Of a stretch of 64,000 nt of DNA, positions 29,566 through 38,988 are shown one piece after another (the stretch's first letter is position 1; every line of letters begins with the position of its first letter). Under the pieces are notes generated by a model. It made no database searches. It was not told where the DNA came from and saw nothing but the letters and a program-made list of their open reading frames with translations. The DNA is taken from assembly GCA_045563055.1 (NCBI GenBank), contig JBJKUR010000008.1, forward strand, positions 64,525 to 128,524, read 5' to 3'. Source of the DNA: Alphaproteobacteria bacterium (GTDB lineage Bacteria > Pseudomonadota > Alphaproteobacteria > Methylaequorales > Methylaequoraceae). The position numbers were made by a program, and so were the translations under genes.

Positions 29566-30565
29566 TTTTTAACCATTCATTAAGTTTTTTATTAGGAGGA
29601 TGAGTGGCATCCGGCCAATAAGGAGGATCTTGATTTTGTAATAATGGTGGGCCTAAACAAGTTATTTTATATTTCTTACACAAAGTATAGAATTCTTCCT
29701 CACCCTTATTTTTTCTTGATTGCTTATAAATAGTTGGTTCAACCGGAGAGACAAATATAATTACATTGTGATTTTCTTTTTGATTAATAAGAGAAATTAC
29801 ATTTAAATCGCGTTCTAAAAATTTATAATCAAGTTTTCTTGGAGTTTCGATTTCATAGGTATCTCTTTTGACTTTTTCCTTGGCTTCCTGGGACTGACTT
29901 CCATCTTTGTAAAGTATAATACCGTGTTCTTTTGCTATTTTTGTTGAAGTAAAAATCAAATCTTCATCTTTGGTGAAAAACATCATAAATAAGTTTTTAA
30001 TACGAGCTAAATTAAACTTATTTTTCAGGCAATTTCCCTCACTAGATAAAAAATTTAAATAGTTAATCAATGAGTATTTATATTCTTTTTTTTCTATTAG
30101 AAATTTTGTATCTTCAAAAATTCTGTGAAAGCGGTATTTAAGTTTATCCTGACACAAATATGACTTCGGTGAACTAATCATAAAGTTATCAAAACTTATT
30201 ATTATCCTTTTCGGAAGTTTATTTTTTCGTTCTAGCAACTCAATCATTGAGATCGAAGATCTTATTGATGACCCATAGATAGAAAAATTAAAGAAAGATT
30301 TGTTTTCTGGAAATATTTTTTCATTTACTCCAATTGATCTACTATTTCCAAATATACCAATATCTACTTTATTATTTAGTGCAAATTTTAACTTTATTTT
30401 TGATAAGTCTTCTGGAGGAAGTTTGACAAAGAATTGTCTTAATTCAAAGTGCACGTCATTGACAAAATATTCTTTTCCCAAATTTGATTTTTCTAAGTAG
30501 TGAAAAAAATAAAAAGGAACTAAAAAACCCAAACAAATTAATAAAAAAAACTTAATTTTCATCAT
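29555..30565 (-). CDS. putative periplasmic partner of the MBOAT (DltD/AlgX/AlgJ-like SGNH-type protein)
   Basis: N-terminal signal anchor, IGIFGNSRS early (block I-like) and WPDATHP near the C-terminus (D-x-x-H block V-like). Overlaps the MBOAT gene by 11 nt. Confidence 0.45.
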   Translation of the reverse strand: MMKIKFFLLICLGFLVPFYFFHYLEKSNLGKEYFVNDVHFELRQFFVKLPPEDLSKIKLKFALNNKVDIGIFGNSRSIGVNEKIFPENKSFFNFSIYGSSIRSSISMIELLERKNKLPKRIIISFDNFMISSPKSYLCQDKLKYRFHRIFEDTKFLIEKKEYKYSLINYLNFLSSEGNCLKNKFNLARIKNLFMMFFTKDEDLIFTSTKIAKEHGIILYKDGSQSQEAKEKVKRDTYEIETPRKLDYKFLERDLNVISLINQKENHNVIIFVSPVEPTIYKQSRKNKGEEEFYTLCKKYKITCLGPPLLQNQDPPYWPDATHPPNKKLNEWLKNAI

Positions 30566-30753
30566 CTTTTGATTTGTATAGTTTCACATCACAACGGTAT
30601 TAAAGCTTTATATCAGATTAAAGGGCAGGTAGATATTATACTTACTATAAACAAATAAAAAAAAAAAGGTACCCCCTGAGCATAACTGTTTTAAATAAAA
30701 GTAATTTAAGAATAGTTATGTTGCCCAATTAAATATCAACAGTTTTGTAAATT

Positions 30754-32211
30754 TTAATTTCTGATTGGAAGAATTTTAGCTTGTAAAGAGTAATATTTGA
30801 CGACAGTTTTATATATTATGACCTTCAGAGATGAAATAATTCTTCGAAAAAACCCAGAATTCAAAATAATAACAGTATGATTCGCAATCATTTTCAGTAA
30901 AATTATTTGTTTTGTATTTAATTTTTTGGTCAGACTTCGTTGATTTTTATCAGAATGATTTCCCAATGACTCAAGAAATTCATCGTAATTCTTATCAACC
31001 TCAATCATACCATTCTCAATTGCATTTTGATATGCACCTGTACCAGGGTATAAATTAGGTAAACCAAAGTTGGCAGAATCAGGGCCAAGAAATTTCATAA
31101 GGTCAATAGTAGAATATATCCCTTTAACATCATCACCTTCCAGAGCCAAAACAAAATAAGCTCTTGTATGAATACCTATTGACTTGCAATAATCAATGTT
31201 ATCTTTAATTTTATTCCAATCATCAAAACGTCTATTTGCTCTTTTCAATACGTCATTATTTGCTGATTCAACACCAAAAGACATCTTTATATTTCCAGCC
31301 CTTTTCATCTTTATAAGTAGATTTTTATCTATTTGTTTCATATGTGTTTCGCATTCCCATTCTACATCAAGTTTTTCTTTAATAAGTAAATCACAAAAAT
31401 CTGAAACTCTTTGAACATCTAGAGTAAAAATAGGATCATGAATAATTATTTTATTTGCACCAAATCTGTTATTTAAATACTTAAATTGTTCAATCATTTT
31501 TTTAGGGTCATGACTTCTGAATTTAAGTCCCTGAGATATATAATATGGACAATAATTGCATGCCATTGGACACCCTCTTTGTGTTTGTATTATAAACTTG
31601 TCGATTTGACTATAATCTACCAAACTATAGTCTGGAAAAGGAATCAGATTTATATCTGCGAATAGTCTTTTCTCATTATTAACTTTATATATTTCACCTT
31701 GCTTATAAAACACACCAGAAGGAAAGTTTTTAAAAGAATTAGAATTTAATAATTTTTCAATTACAGCCTCAATTTCACTTGAGATAATCCCATCAAAAAT
31801 CTGTTTTTTTTTAAAATATTTGATAATGTCTTGCGAAGCAAATACCGGTCCAAATGCAAAAAACTTCGATCGAGGAAAGTTCTTTTGTAATTCTTGTGTG
31901 ATTTTATTATCTGACTTAATAGTTGGAAGCGACGTTCTAACGAAAAAAAAATCTATTTTTTTACCTAACTTATTAATTATATGTCTAACTAAATTGTGGG
32001 TGTTTTCAAAATCAAAAAATTGAGAATCTAAAAGAATTGATTCATGCTTCTTCTTAACAATAGTTGCGGCATTTATTAGATCTACAATCGGGTATATTTT
32101 TCTTTTGGTTCTTTCCGATCTGAGGTTTTTATAACCCATACCTCCACCCATCTCTTTATGAAATTGATAATTGGTTTGGAAGTCTGGTAGGTTTATAAAA
32201 AGTATTTTCAT
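30754..32211 (-). CDS. B12-binding-domain radical SAM enzyme (class B type)
   Basis: N-terminal Rossmann-like cobalamin-binding-type domain (KILFINLP..FFFVRTS..FFAFGP..) followed by QTQRGCPMACNYCPYY (CxxxCxxC). Confidence 0.8.
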   Translation of the reverse strand: MKILFINLPDFQTNYQFHKEMGGGMGYKNLRSERTKRKIYPIVDLINAATIVKKKHESILLDSQFFDFENTHNLVRHIINKLGKKIDFFFVRTSLPTIKSDNKITQELQKNFPRSKFFAFGPVFASQDIIKYFKKKQIFDGIISSEIEAVIEKLLNSNSFKNFPSGVFYKQGEIYKVNNEKRLFADINLIPFPDYSLVDYSQIDKFIIQTQRGCPMACNYCPYYISQGLKFRSHDPKKMIEQFKYLNNRFGANKIIIHDPIFTLDVQRVSDFCDLLIKEKLDVEWECETHMKQIDKNLLIKMKRAGNIKMSFGVESANNDVLKRANRRFDDWNKIKDNIDYCKSIGIHTRAYFVLALEGDDVKGIYSTIDLMKFLGPDSANFGLPNLYPGTGAYQNAIENGMIEVDKNYDEFLESLGNHSDKNQRSLTKKLNTKQIILLKMIANHTVIILNSGFFRRIISSLKVIIYKTVVKYYSLQAKILPIRN

Positions 32212-32217
32212 TATTAA

Positions 32218-32964
32218 TTATAATCTTTTTGAATTTAAGAAATTATTAATAAAAAAGAGTATTCTATGTTTAATATACCCTATTTTTGTGAAGAAAAAAT
32301 AAATTTCTTGATAGTTAGACTTTTTCTCTATTAGAGCACTTTGATGATTATCAATTACTTGTTTAAAATACATCACAATTTTTTCAAAATGCTGTTTATG
32401 ATTCAGATCAATTTTCCCCATCATTACATTTATAAATTCATGCTTTTTATAGTCGTTTGACAATGTAATGGTTGCGTTATACAAAGCGGCCTTTGAAGAG
32501 TAGTATTCAACATGTCTGCTGTGACCTGTTAAGGCCCTTCCAGCAAGGATATTAATAATTATTTTCTTTTGAGTAGAACCGAATAAAGTATATTTAATCA
32601 TCAATAAAGGACTTACAGAGTTAGTCAGATAAAAACTCACAACTTTTTTATCGTCTGAGTTTTCAATAAAATTTTTAAAACCTTTTTGCGTATTTAAGGT
32701 TGCATTATTTATTAAAACATCAATTTGACCAAATTTTTTCTCTATTTTTTTTAAAAGTTTTTTGTTGCCTTGATGGTCAGTTGGCTCGTATGAAAAAATA
32801 TTTTCATACCCCCCTAGTTTTTTTTTTAACTTACTAGAGTCTCTTGTCAAAGCAATAACTCTAAAATTAGAGTAATTTAAAAAACTCTCGATTAGCTTTA
32901 AACCAAAGTTTTGCCCACCGCCTGTAATCAAAATATTTTTCACAGTTTTATTCATTCTCATCAA
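32218..32964 (-). CDS. short-chain dehydrogenase/reductase
   Basis: ILITGGGQNFGLKLIE (TGxxxxxG) and the YYSSKAAL YxxxK motif. Confidence 0.7.
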   Translation of the reverse strand: MMRMNKTVKNILITGGGQNFGLKLIESFLNYSNFRVIALTRDSSKLKKKLGGYENIFSYEPTDHQGNKKLLKKIEKKFGQIDVLINNATLNTQKGFKNFIENSDDKKVVSFYLTNSVSPLLMIKYTLFGSTQKKIIINILAGRALTGHSRHVEYYSSKAALYNATITLSNDYKKHEFINVMMGKIDLNHKQHFEKIVMYFKQVIDNHQSALIEKKSNYQEIYFFFTKIGYIKHRILFFINNFLNSKRL

Positions 32965-33069
32965 GATAAGTTAAACACTAGAATATTGTCAAGCGGTTTA
33001 CTTTGACAACCTAATGTTAAATTAATTTAATGAATTCTTCTTATCTTTCTTTGACGAAGAAAAAATTGT

Positions 33070-33939
33070 TTAAAATAAATAGTGCTTAACTATCATCGTC
33101 CTTTGGGTTTTATTAATGGTAGGAAAGTCTCCATGTACTGCGTTTTGTCGAGTTACGATTAAATCTCCTGGTTCTGTAAAAAAAATAAACGCGTCTGAAG
33201 AGGAAAAGAAACTTCCATCAAATTTATCAAACCAAATACTACTTCTTAATTTATTATATAGCTCCATTAATTTTAAGATGTATTTTTTTTTATGGCTTCC
33301 AGGTATCACAGAATACGGACCATCAGCAATTTTACTAATGGAATTGCATGCTACAAAAAACTTGATCGAGCTATTGTAAGTATCTATGTGAAGAGGTCTT
33401 GGACTATTTACATCTTTATAATAATAGATTTTGTTCAACTCTTTACGTATACTTTTTTTATTTGCTTCTTCTATGATGGATTTAAGATTTAATTTTTTAA
33501 TTAAAAAATCAAATTTTTTTTTAATTTCTAATAAAAACTTCTTACTACTTTTCTCATAATTAACCATCTCATAAAAATTATTATCATAATAAATTTTTTC
33601 TTTTGTTTTTTTTTGTAGATAAGATTGGTCTCGACGGGTAATTCCAAATTTCCCATCTTTGATTATTTCATATATTTGCTCTTGATCGGATAGTGTGGAT
33701 GAATTAATAAATTTATCTACCTTTATATTTATGTTTGTTAAAAGCTTTTTTGGAAAAAAATCCTTTATTACGAGGAAAGAATATTTATCTAGATGATCAG
33801 CAGCAATATCAATCCCCTTACTTGACTGGACTTGATTAGTTGTAAAAAAATCTCTCACAATAGCTTTCTTACTAAATAATTTATTTAGATATCTTAGAAA
33901 TTGTGTGTCGAGGGTTAAGTTTTGTTTTGATGATCTCAT
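33070..33939 (-). CDS. putative Fe(II)/2-oxoglutarate dioxygenase (PhyH-like)
   Basis: RPLHIDT (H-x-D) and a distal ..RQNAVHGDFP.. His. Size and spacing fit the phytanoyl-CoA-dioxygenase fold. Weak call. Confidence 0.4.
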   Translation of the reverse strand: MRSSKQNLTLDTQFLRYLNKLFSKKAIVRDFFTTNQVQSSKGIDIAADHLDKYSFLVIKDFFPKKLLTNINIKVDKFINSSTLSDQEQIYEIIKDGKFGITRRDQSYLQKKTKEKIYYDNNFYEMVNYEKSSKKFLLEIKKKFDFLIKKLNLKSIIEEANKKSIRKELNKIYYYKDVNSPRPLHIDTYNSSIKFFVACNSISKIADGPYSVIPGSHKKKYILKLMELYNKLRSSIWFDKFDGSFFSSSDAFIFFTEPGDLIVTRQNAVHGDFPTINKTQRTMIVKHYLF

Positions 33940-34017
33940 AAGTATATTTTATTTATATTACAATATTAGGAAAGTATTTATAAAAATAATATTTCCTTCC
34001 ATTTAAAATACTCTTAA

Positions 34018-34995
34018 CTAGACCTCTAAAATATAAGTTAGAAAAAGAGGGTGTAGATTGTAGTTTTTATAAGGATTTTTTTTTCTCAAATTCATTAACT
34101 TGTTCATACCAATGTTTATATTAAACTTTGACAATAAATTTGACATTCTTATTTTATAAGAAACCTTTTTGTCAAATTTATCGAAATCAGGAAATATCTT
34201 TGAATAAATTTTGGGATACACAACTTTACACGATTTGAATCCAATTTTTTTATAAAACTTTTGAAGCCAATAATAATGTGGAACTGCTGAAATCCCTTCC
34301 CAAGCAAGAGAAATCCATTCTTTATCTTCAAATTTATACGACCACTCTGAACAACCATTGTATAAAAAATGAGTTTTAGTATGAACAATCACATACTTTT
34401 TTGCTATCTCTCTACAATTTATCAAATGCTGAATTGGGTTGGATAAATGATAGAGTAACCCAGCGCTTAGTACTAAATCAACATTTTTATTTTTATAAAG
34501 TTTTATGTATTCCTTTGAGTCTGCTGATATTAAATCATTGTTTACAAAAACATTTTTAAATTTGGGATTGTAAGCACAATCTATGATTAATCTTTGCTGT
34601 TCACATTGATTTTTTCTAATTTCTGAAGAAAATATTTTTTTAAAACCTTGTTCTGCCAAAATAAAAGAAAATTTTCCAGTTGCGCTTGAAACGTCAAGGG
34701 CCACGGAACATTCGTTAACAAAGTCTTTAAAAATATTTCTAAAAAAATTATTGTGTGCATCATGATTAATTTTGAAAAATAATTCTTTGAATTTTTTTAT
34801 TTCATTCTTTGGCGACTTTTTGGTGATAAATGACTTGCCATAAATTCCATTAATATGCCCTACAAATACTTCGTCATCAAAATTAAAAGTATGAAGCCAT
34901 GGTGATAACTTTGGAATCATACTTTCAAATTTCTTGAATTTTTGTTTCTTGACATCAATTCGCACGGGTAATTTATAACTTATTATAATGCTCAT
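34018..34995 (-). CDS. class I SAM-dependent methyltransferase
   Basis: ALDVSSATGKFSFILAEQG (motif I) and ..DLVLSAGLLYHL... Confidence 0.65.
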   Translation of the reverse strand: MSIIISYKLPVRIDVKKQKFKKFESMIPKLSPWLHTFNFDDEVFVGHINGIYGKSFITKKSPKNEIKKFKELFFKINHDAHNNFFRNIFKDFVNECSVALDVSSATGKFSFILAEQGFKKIFSSEIRKNQCEQQRLIIDCAYNPKFKNVFVNNDLISADSKEYIKLYKNKNVDLVLSAGLLYHLSNPIQHLINCREIAKKYVIVHTKTHFLYNGCSEWSYKFEDKEWISLAWEGISAVPHYYWLQKFYKKIGFKSCKVVYPKIYSKIFPDFDKFDKKVSYKIRMSNLLSKFNINIGMNKLMNLRKKNPYKNYNLHPLFLTYILEV

Positions 34996-35181
34996 TTCAA
35001 TTTTTTTAATTTTCTGCTAAACAATTGACTTAAGTAAAAAAAATTGAAAAGTGATGCAAATTTTGGCTTAATTTTTCAGGGTATTCTTTGGTGCTAGTTA
35101 CAAAAACTCTCCCTAAATAAGCTTTTCTAAAATAAAACTGATTTCAAATTTTCCTCTATGTCTTTTCATAAGAAGCTATAA

Positions 35182-35826
35182 TTAATTACGAAGAATGTTA
35201 ATTAATTCTTTCTCTAGATTTTTACTTATTAGACTTACACCTTTGGGGTTTGGATGTTTACCATCTTTTAAATTTAATTTAGGGTTGAGAGCAACACCAT
35301 CTAATAAAAAAGGTAAAAAAGGAAGCTGAAACTTTTTTGCAAGCTCAGGATATATCTTATCAAATTCTTTTTTATATTCTTCTCCAAATGCATTTTGTGA
35401 TATCATACCAGCTAAAAGCACAGCTATCTTTTTTTCTTTTAAAAGTTCTAAAATTCTATTTAAATTTTGTCTAACAAGGTTAGGTTTCACACCCCTTAAC
35501 ATATCATTAGCTCCAAGACATAAAATCAAAATATCAATATCTTTTTTTTCAATTAACCAATTCAACCTATTAAGTCCACCAGTAGTCGTATCACCAGATA
35601 CACTTGCGTTAATTATATTTACATCAAACCCTTTTAGTTTCAGACTGTTCTCTAAAATAGTAGATAAATGAAACTCTTCATCTAAACCATAACCGGACAT
35701 CAGGCTATCACCAAACAATGCAATTTTTTGGTTACAAAAAACTTTTGATGGTATAAAGTTTACCGCAAAAACTAATATAAACAGAAATTTAAGTATGAAA
35801 AATTTATATAAATTAAATAACATCAA
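35182..35826 (-). CDS. tesA: SGNH/GDSL arylesterase-lysophospholipase (TesA-like), secreted
   Basis: Signal peptide, then IALFGDSLMSGYG (block I), ..GANDMLRG.. (block III) and ..DGKHP.. (block V). Confidence 0.8.
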   Translation of the reverse strand: MMLFNLYKFFILKFLFILVFAVNFIPSKVFCNQKIALFGDSLMSGYGLDEEFHLSTILENSLKLKGFDVNIINASVSGDTTTGGLNRLNWLIEKKDIDILILCLGANDMLRGVKPNLVRQNLNRILELLKEKKIAVLLAGMISQNAFGEEYKKEFDKIYPELAKKFQLPFLPFLLDGVALNPKLNLKDGKHPNPKGVSLISKNLEKELINILRN

Positions 35827-36463
35827 TCTTAACTATCACTTAAATGGAAATGAGATCAAGGTTTTAAAAAATATAAATTTTGAAATAAAGAAGAATGAAA
35901 GAGTAGCTATAATAGGAGAAAGTGGTTCGGGAAAAACAAGTCTTTTGATGCTAATGTCTGGTCTAGAAAAACCGACCACTGGTTCAATATTTTTTAATAA
36001 TGAGGATTTTTCTAAAATTAGTGAGAAAAAAAAGACTCAAATAAGAAAAGAAAAAATTGGGTTAATTTTTCAACAATTTTATCTTATACCAAATTATACA
36101 GCCCTTGAAAATGTCATGTTTCCGATGCAAATAAATAAAATTAACAATGAAAAAAAAAAAGCTGATTCAATTCTTTCAGATATTGGTTTAGGTCATCGAA
36201 AAAATAATTTACCCTCTGAATTATCAGGTGGTGAACAACAACGGGTAGCAATTGCTAGAGCAATTTCATTTAGCCCCGAAATCATTTTAGCAGATGAACC
36301 TACTGGTAATTTAGACAGAAAAAATACAGAACTCGTTTCTGATTTGTTATTAGACTACTCAGAAAAAAGAAAAATTAGTTTAATTCTAGTTACTCACAAC
36401 ATGAATTTAGCAAAAAAGTGCAACAGATTTATAAAGTTGTTAGATGGTGGTATCAAAGATTAA
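35795..36463 (+). CDS. ABC transporter ATP-binding protein (YbbA/LolD-like)
   Basis: GESGSGKTSLL (Walker A), LSGGEQQRVAIARA (signature), ILADEPTGNLD (Walker B) and VTHN (H-loop). Confidence 0.9.
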   Translation: MKNLYKLNNINLNYHLNGNEIKVLKNINFEIKKNERVAIIGESGSGKTSLLMLMSGLEKPTTGSIFFNNEDFSKISEKKKTQIRKEKIGLIFQQFYLIPNYTALENVMFPMQINKINNEKKKADSILSDIGLGHRKNNLPSELSGGEQQRVAIARAISFSPEIILADEPTGNLDRKNTELVSDLLLDYSEKRKISLILVTHNMNLAKKCNRFIKLLDGGIKD

Positions 36464-36465
36464 AA

Positions 36466-38955
36466 ATGACTCTTCCAAAATATTTTCAGTTTTTCATAAA
36501 TGAACTTAATATAAATAAATCAAAGATCACAAAGGTTTTTTTTACAATATTTATAAGCTTATTAATTTTTTCTTCTGTAACAATTTTAAAAAATAGCATT
36601 GAAAATGAAATCAAAAATAATTCAAGGGTTCTTCTTGGCGGTGATTTGGAATTATCTGCAAAAAATGAAGATCTAAATTTAAATCTTTTAGACGAACTTA
36701 AAAAAAGTTTTTTTATGACAAAGGTCATTGAATTCACTTCTATTTTGAGAAGTGACAACGATGAGAGTAAAACAATAAGAATAAAGGTAATTGATAATTT
36801 CTACCCACTCATTGGTAAAGCAATTGTTGAGCCTAAAGATTCACTGCGAAAACTGAAAACTAAAACTAATACTATTTTGATTGATAAAACCATAAGAAAT
36901 AATCTTGATTTAAAACTAGGTGAGGAAATTAGAATACAAAATATTTCTTTTGAAGTTGTTGGGTTTATAGACCGTTTGCCCGATATTGGAGGATTTTTTC
37001 TTTTTGGAGATGAAGCCATAATAAATGAATCTAGCTTTAAAAGTTTGGAAATTAATAATCTGGGAAGCTTTATTAGTTTTAAATATAAGCTGATAAAAAA
37101 GAATAATAATTCAAAATTAGCTAACAATATAAGTAAAAATAAAAATTTTGTAGTTAAATATCCTGAAGACATAAGTCAGAATTTAAATAAAGCCATTGCA
37201 AATTTTATTTATTTTCTGTCGATAATCTCGGCATCAGCTATCCTAATCTCTGGTATTGGGTTAAAAAACTCATTATTTTCATTTTTAAGTAATAATCAGC
37301 TTAAAATAGCAATTTATAAGTCATTAGGACTAAGCTCCAAAAGTATAAAAAATTTATATTATTTACAAACGCTCATGATTCTAATTTTTTGCTCTCTTTT
37401 TGCGTATATTTTTAGTTTATTTATAATTTCTCTTTTAGATCATAGTTTTTTAAATTTTCTTAATATTAAATTAAACGTCAATTTCAAAATCTATGAATAC
37501 TTAATAATTCAGTTTTTTAGCATTATAATCTTCTTTATATTTGCTAAACCGGTAATGGATAGTATTGATCAAATTAGAGTAGCTGATTTATTTAGAAACA
37601 GTAGCACACATTTAAATTTAAATTATAGCAGAAAATCTGTTTTAGAAATGATTACATTTTTATTAATCTTTATTTTCTCATTCTGCATTTTAAACGTAAA
37701 ACCTCAGCAAACAGCAATATTTTTTTTCTTTTTTATAATTGTTAGTTGTTTCTATTTCTTTTTATCTAAATTTTACATTTTAATTTTAAATAAAATTAAA
37801 AATGTTCAAAACACATCTATAAAAATAGGAATCAAAAATTTAAAAGCTTTTCGTAGTCTTAATTCAATAATAATAATGACTATGGGATTAGGAATGACGG
37901 TATTATTTTTTTTGGGGTTTTTATCTTCTAGTATTAATAAGGAACTTAATACCTCCATACCGAAAAATGCTCCACATTTTTTTTTCTTAGGCATTCAACA
38001 AAATGAATTAAATCTATTCTCAGAACAAATTCGTGAGATTGATTTTGAAGCAAAACAAGTAATTGTACCGATGATATCCGCAAGAATAGAGACTATAAAT
38101 AATAGAAAACCAAAAGAAATAATTGATGAAGAAAATGAGAGTTATTGGTTTATTAATGGAGACAGAAGAATATCTTGGTTCGAAAAACCGCCGACTAATA
38201 ATCCAATTGTTGAAGGCAAATGGTGGGATTACGACAAGAAAACAAGCCTTCAAGTTTCATTAGATCACAAAGTTGCAAATGATCTGAAACTAAAAATTGG
38301 TGATTCCATCACGTTTAATATTTATGGTAATTCAGTGCCAGGAATTATTACTAGCTTTAGAAAAGTCGATTACAAAGATCTAAATATTAACTTTGCAATT
38401 TTATTTAATCCTAAGTATGCATCAACAATTCCTCACGAATTTATGTCTACTGTAAAATTTAAAGATGATGAGTTAGTAAATTTGAATAATTTATTAAACA
38501 AATTACCTGCCATTTCATATATAAATTTGTCAGAGTACATAAATAAAACAAAAAATTTCTTAAACAAATTATTTGTTATAAGTATTTTAATCTCAAGTGT
38601 AGTTGTCTTAATTGGACTTATAGTAATATCTAATGCTGTGAGTGTAATCGGAAATCTAAAAGTTTATCAAAATCTAGTTTTAAGAATTTTGGGTTTTGAG
38701 AAATCTAATATTATCAAATTAATAATTTTTGAATCCGCGATACTATTTATTCCTATAATTTTCTTCTCGTTAATATTTTCTATTACATTTTCGTACTTTT
38801 TTGTAATTAAATTTTTTGATATTAATTGGTATTTTTCTTTTTCAGTCCCTTTTATTATTTCCAGCTTATTTTTATTAGTTCTATTATTCACATTATTGGT
38901 TTCAAATAAAAAATATATAAACTTTAATGTATACTACCTATTAAGGAATGGATAA
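36466..38955 (+). CDS. FtsX-family ABC permease with duplicated 4-TM modules (YbbP-like)
   Basis: Roughly 830 aa with two FtsX-type TM bundles separated by large extracytoplasmic domains. I use ATG 36466, 3 nt after the ATPase stop. The track ORF starts at 36418 inside the ATPase gene. Confidence 0.8.
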   Translation: MTLPKYFQFFINELNINKSKITKVFFTIFISLLIFSSVTILKNSIENEIKNNSRVLLGGDLELSAKNEDLNLNLLDELKKSFFMTKVIEFTSILRSDNDESKTIRIKVIDNFYPLIGKAIVEPKDSLRKLKTKTNTILIDKTIRNNLDLKLGEEIRIQNISFEVVGFIDRLPDIGGFFLFGDEAIINESSFKSLEINNLGSFISFKYKLIKKNNNSKLANNISKNKNFVVKYPEDISQNLNKAIANFIYFLSIISASAILISGIGLKNSLFSFLSNNQLKIAIYKSLGLSSKSIKNLYYLQTLMILIFCSLFAYIFSLFIISLLDHSFLNFLNIKLNVNFKIYEYLIIQFFSIIIFFIFAKPVMDSIDQIRVADLFRNSSTHLNLNYSRKSVLEMITFLLIFIFSFCILNVKPQQTAIFFFFFIIVSCFYFFLSKFYILILNKIKNVQNTSIKIGIKNLKAFRSLNSIIIMTMGLGMTVLFFLGFLSSSINKELNTSIPKNAPHFFFLGIQQNELNLFSEQIREIDFEAKQVIVPMISARIETINNRKPKEIIDEENESYWFINGDRRISWFEKPPTNNPIVEGKWWDYDKKTSLQVSLDHKVANDLKLKIGDSITFNIYGNSVPGIITSFRKVDYKDLNINFAILFNPKYASTIPHEFMSTVKFKDDELVNLNNLLNKLPAISYINLSEYINKTKNFLNKLFVISILISSVVVLIGLIVISNAVSVIGNLKVYQNLVLRILGFEKSNIIKLIIFESAILFIPIIFFSLIFSITFSYFFVIKFFDINWYFSFSVPFIISSLFLLVLLFTLLVSNKKYINFNVYYLLRNG

Positions 38956-38988
38956 GACTCGAGCTAAATTGTCGACTAATAGAAAATT

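Noticed and set aside
30668-30675. ggtacccc in the spacer between the MBOAT module and the radical-SAM cassette, matching the 3' acceptor end of the tRNA-Leu gene (tggtacccc). Considered as a possible additional att scar.
   Set aside because: Only 8 nt match with no flanking similarity to the tRNA, which is too short to be meaningful. On the minus strand it is followed by a T13 run and may simply be part of a transcription stop region.
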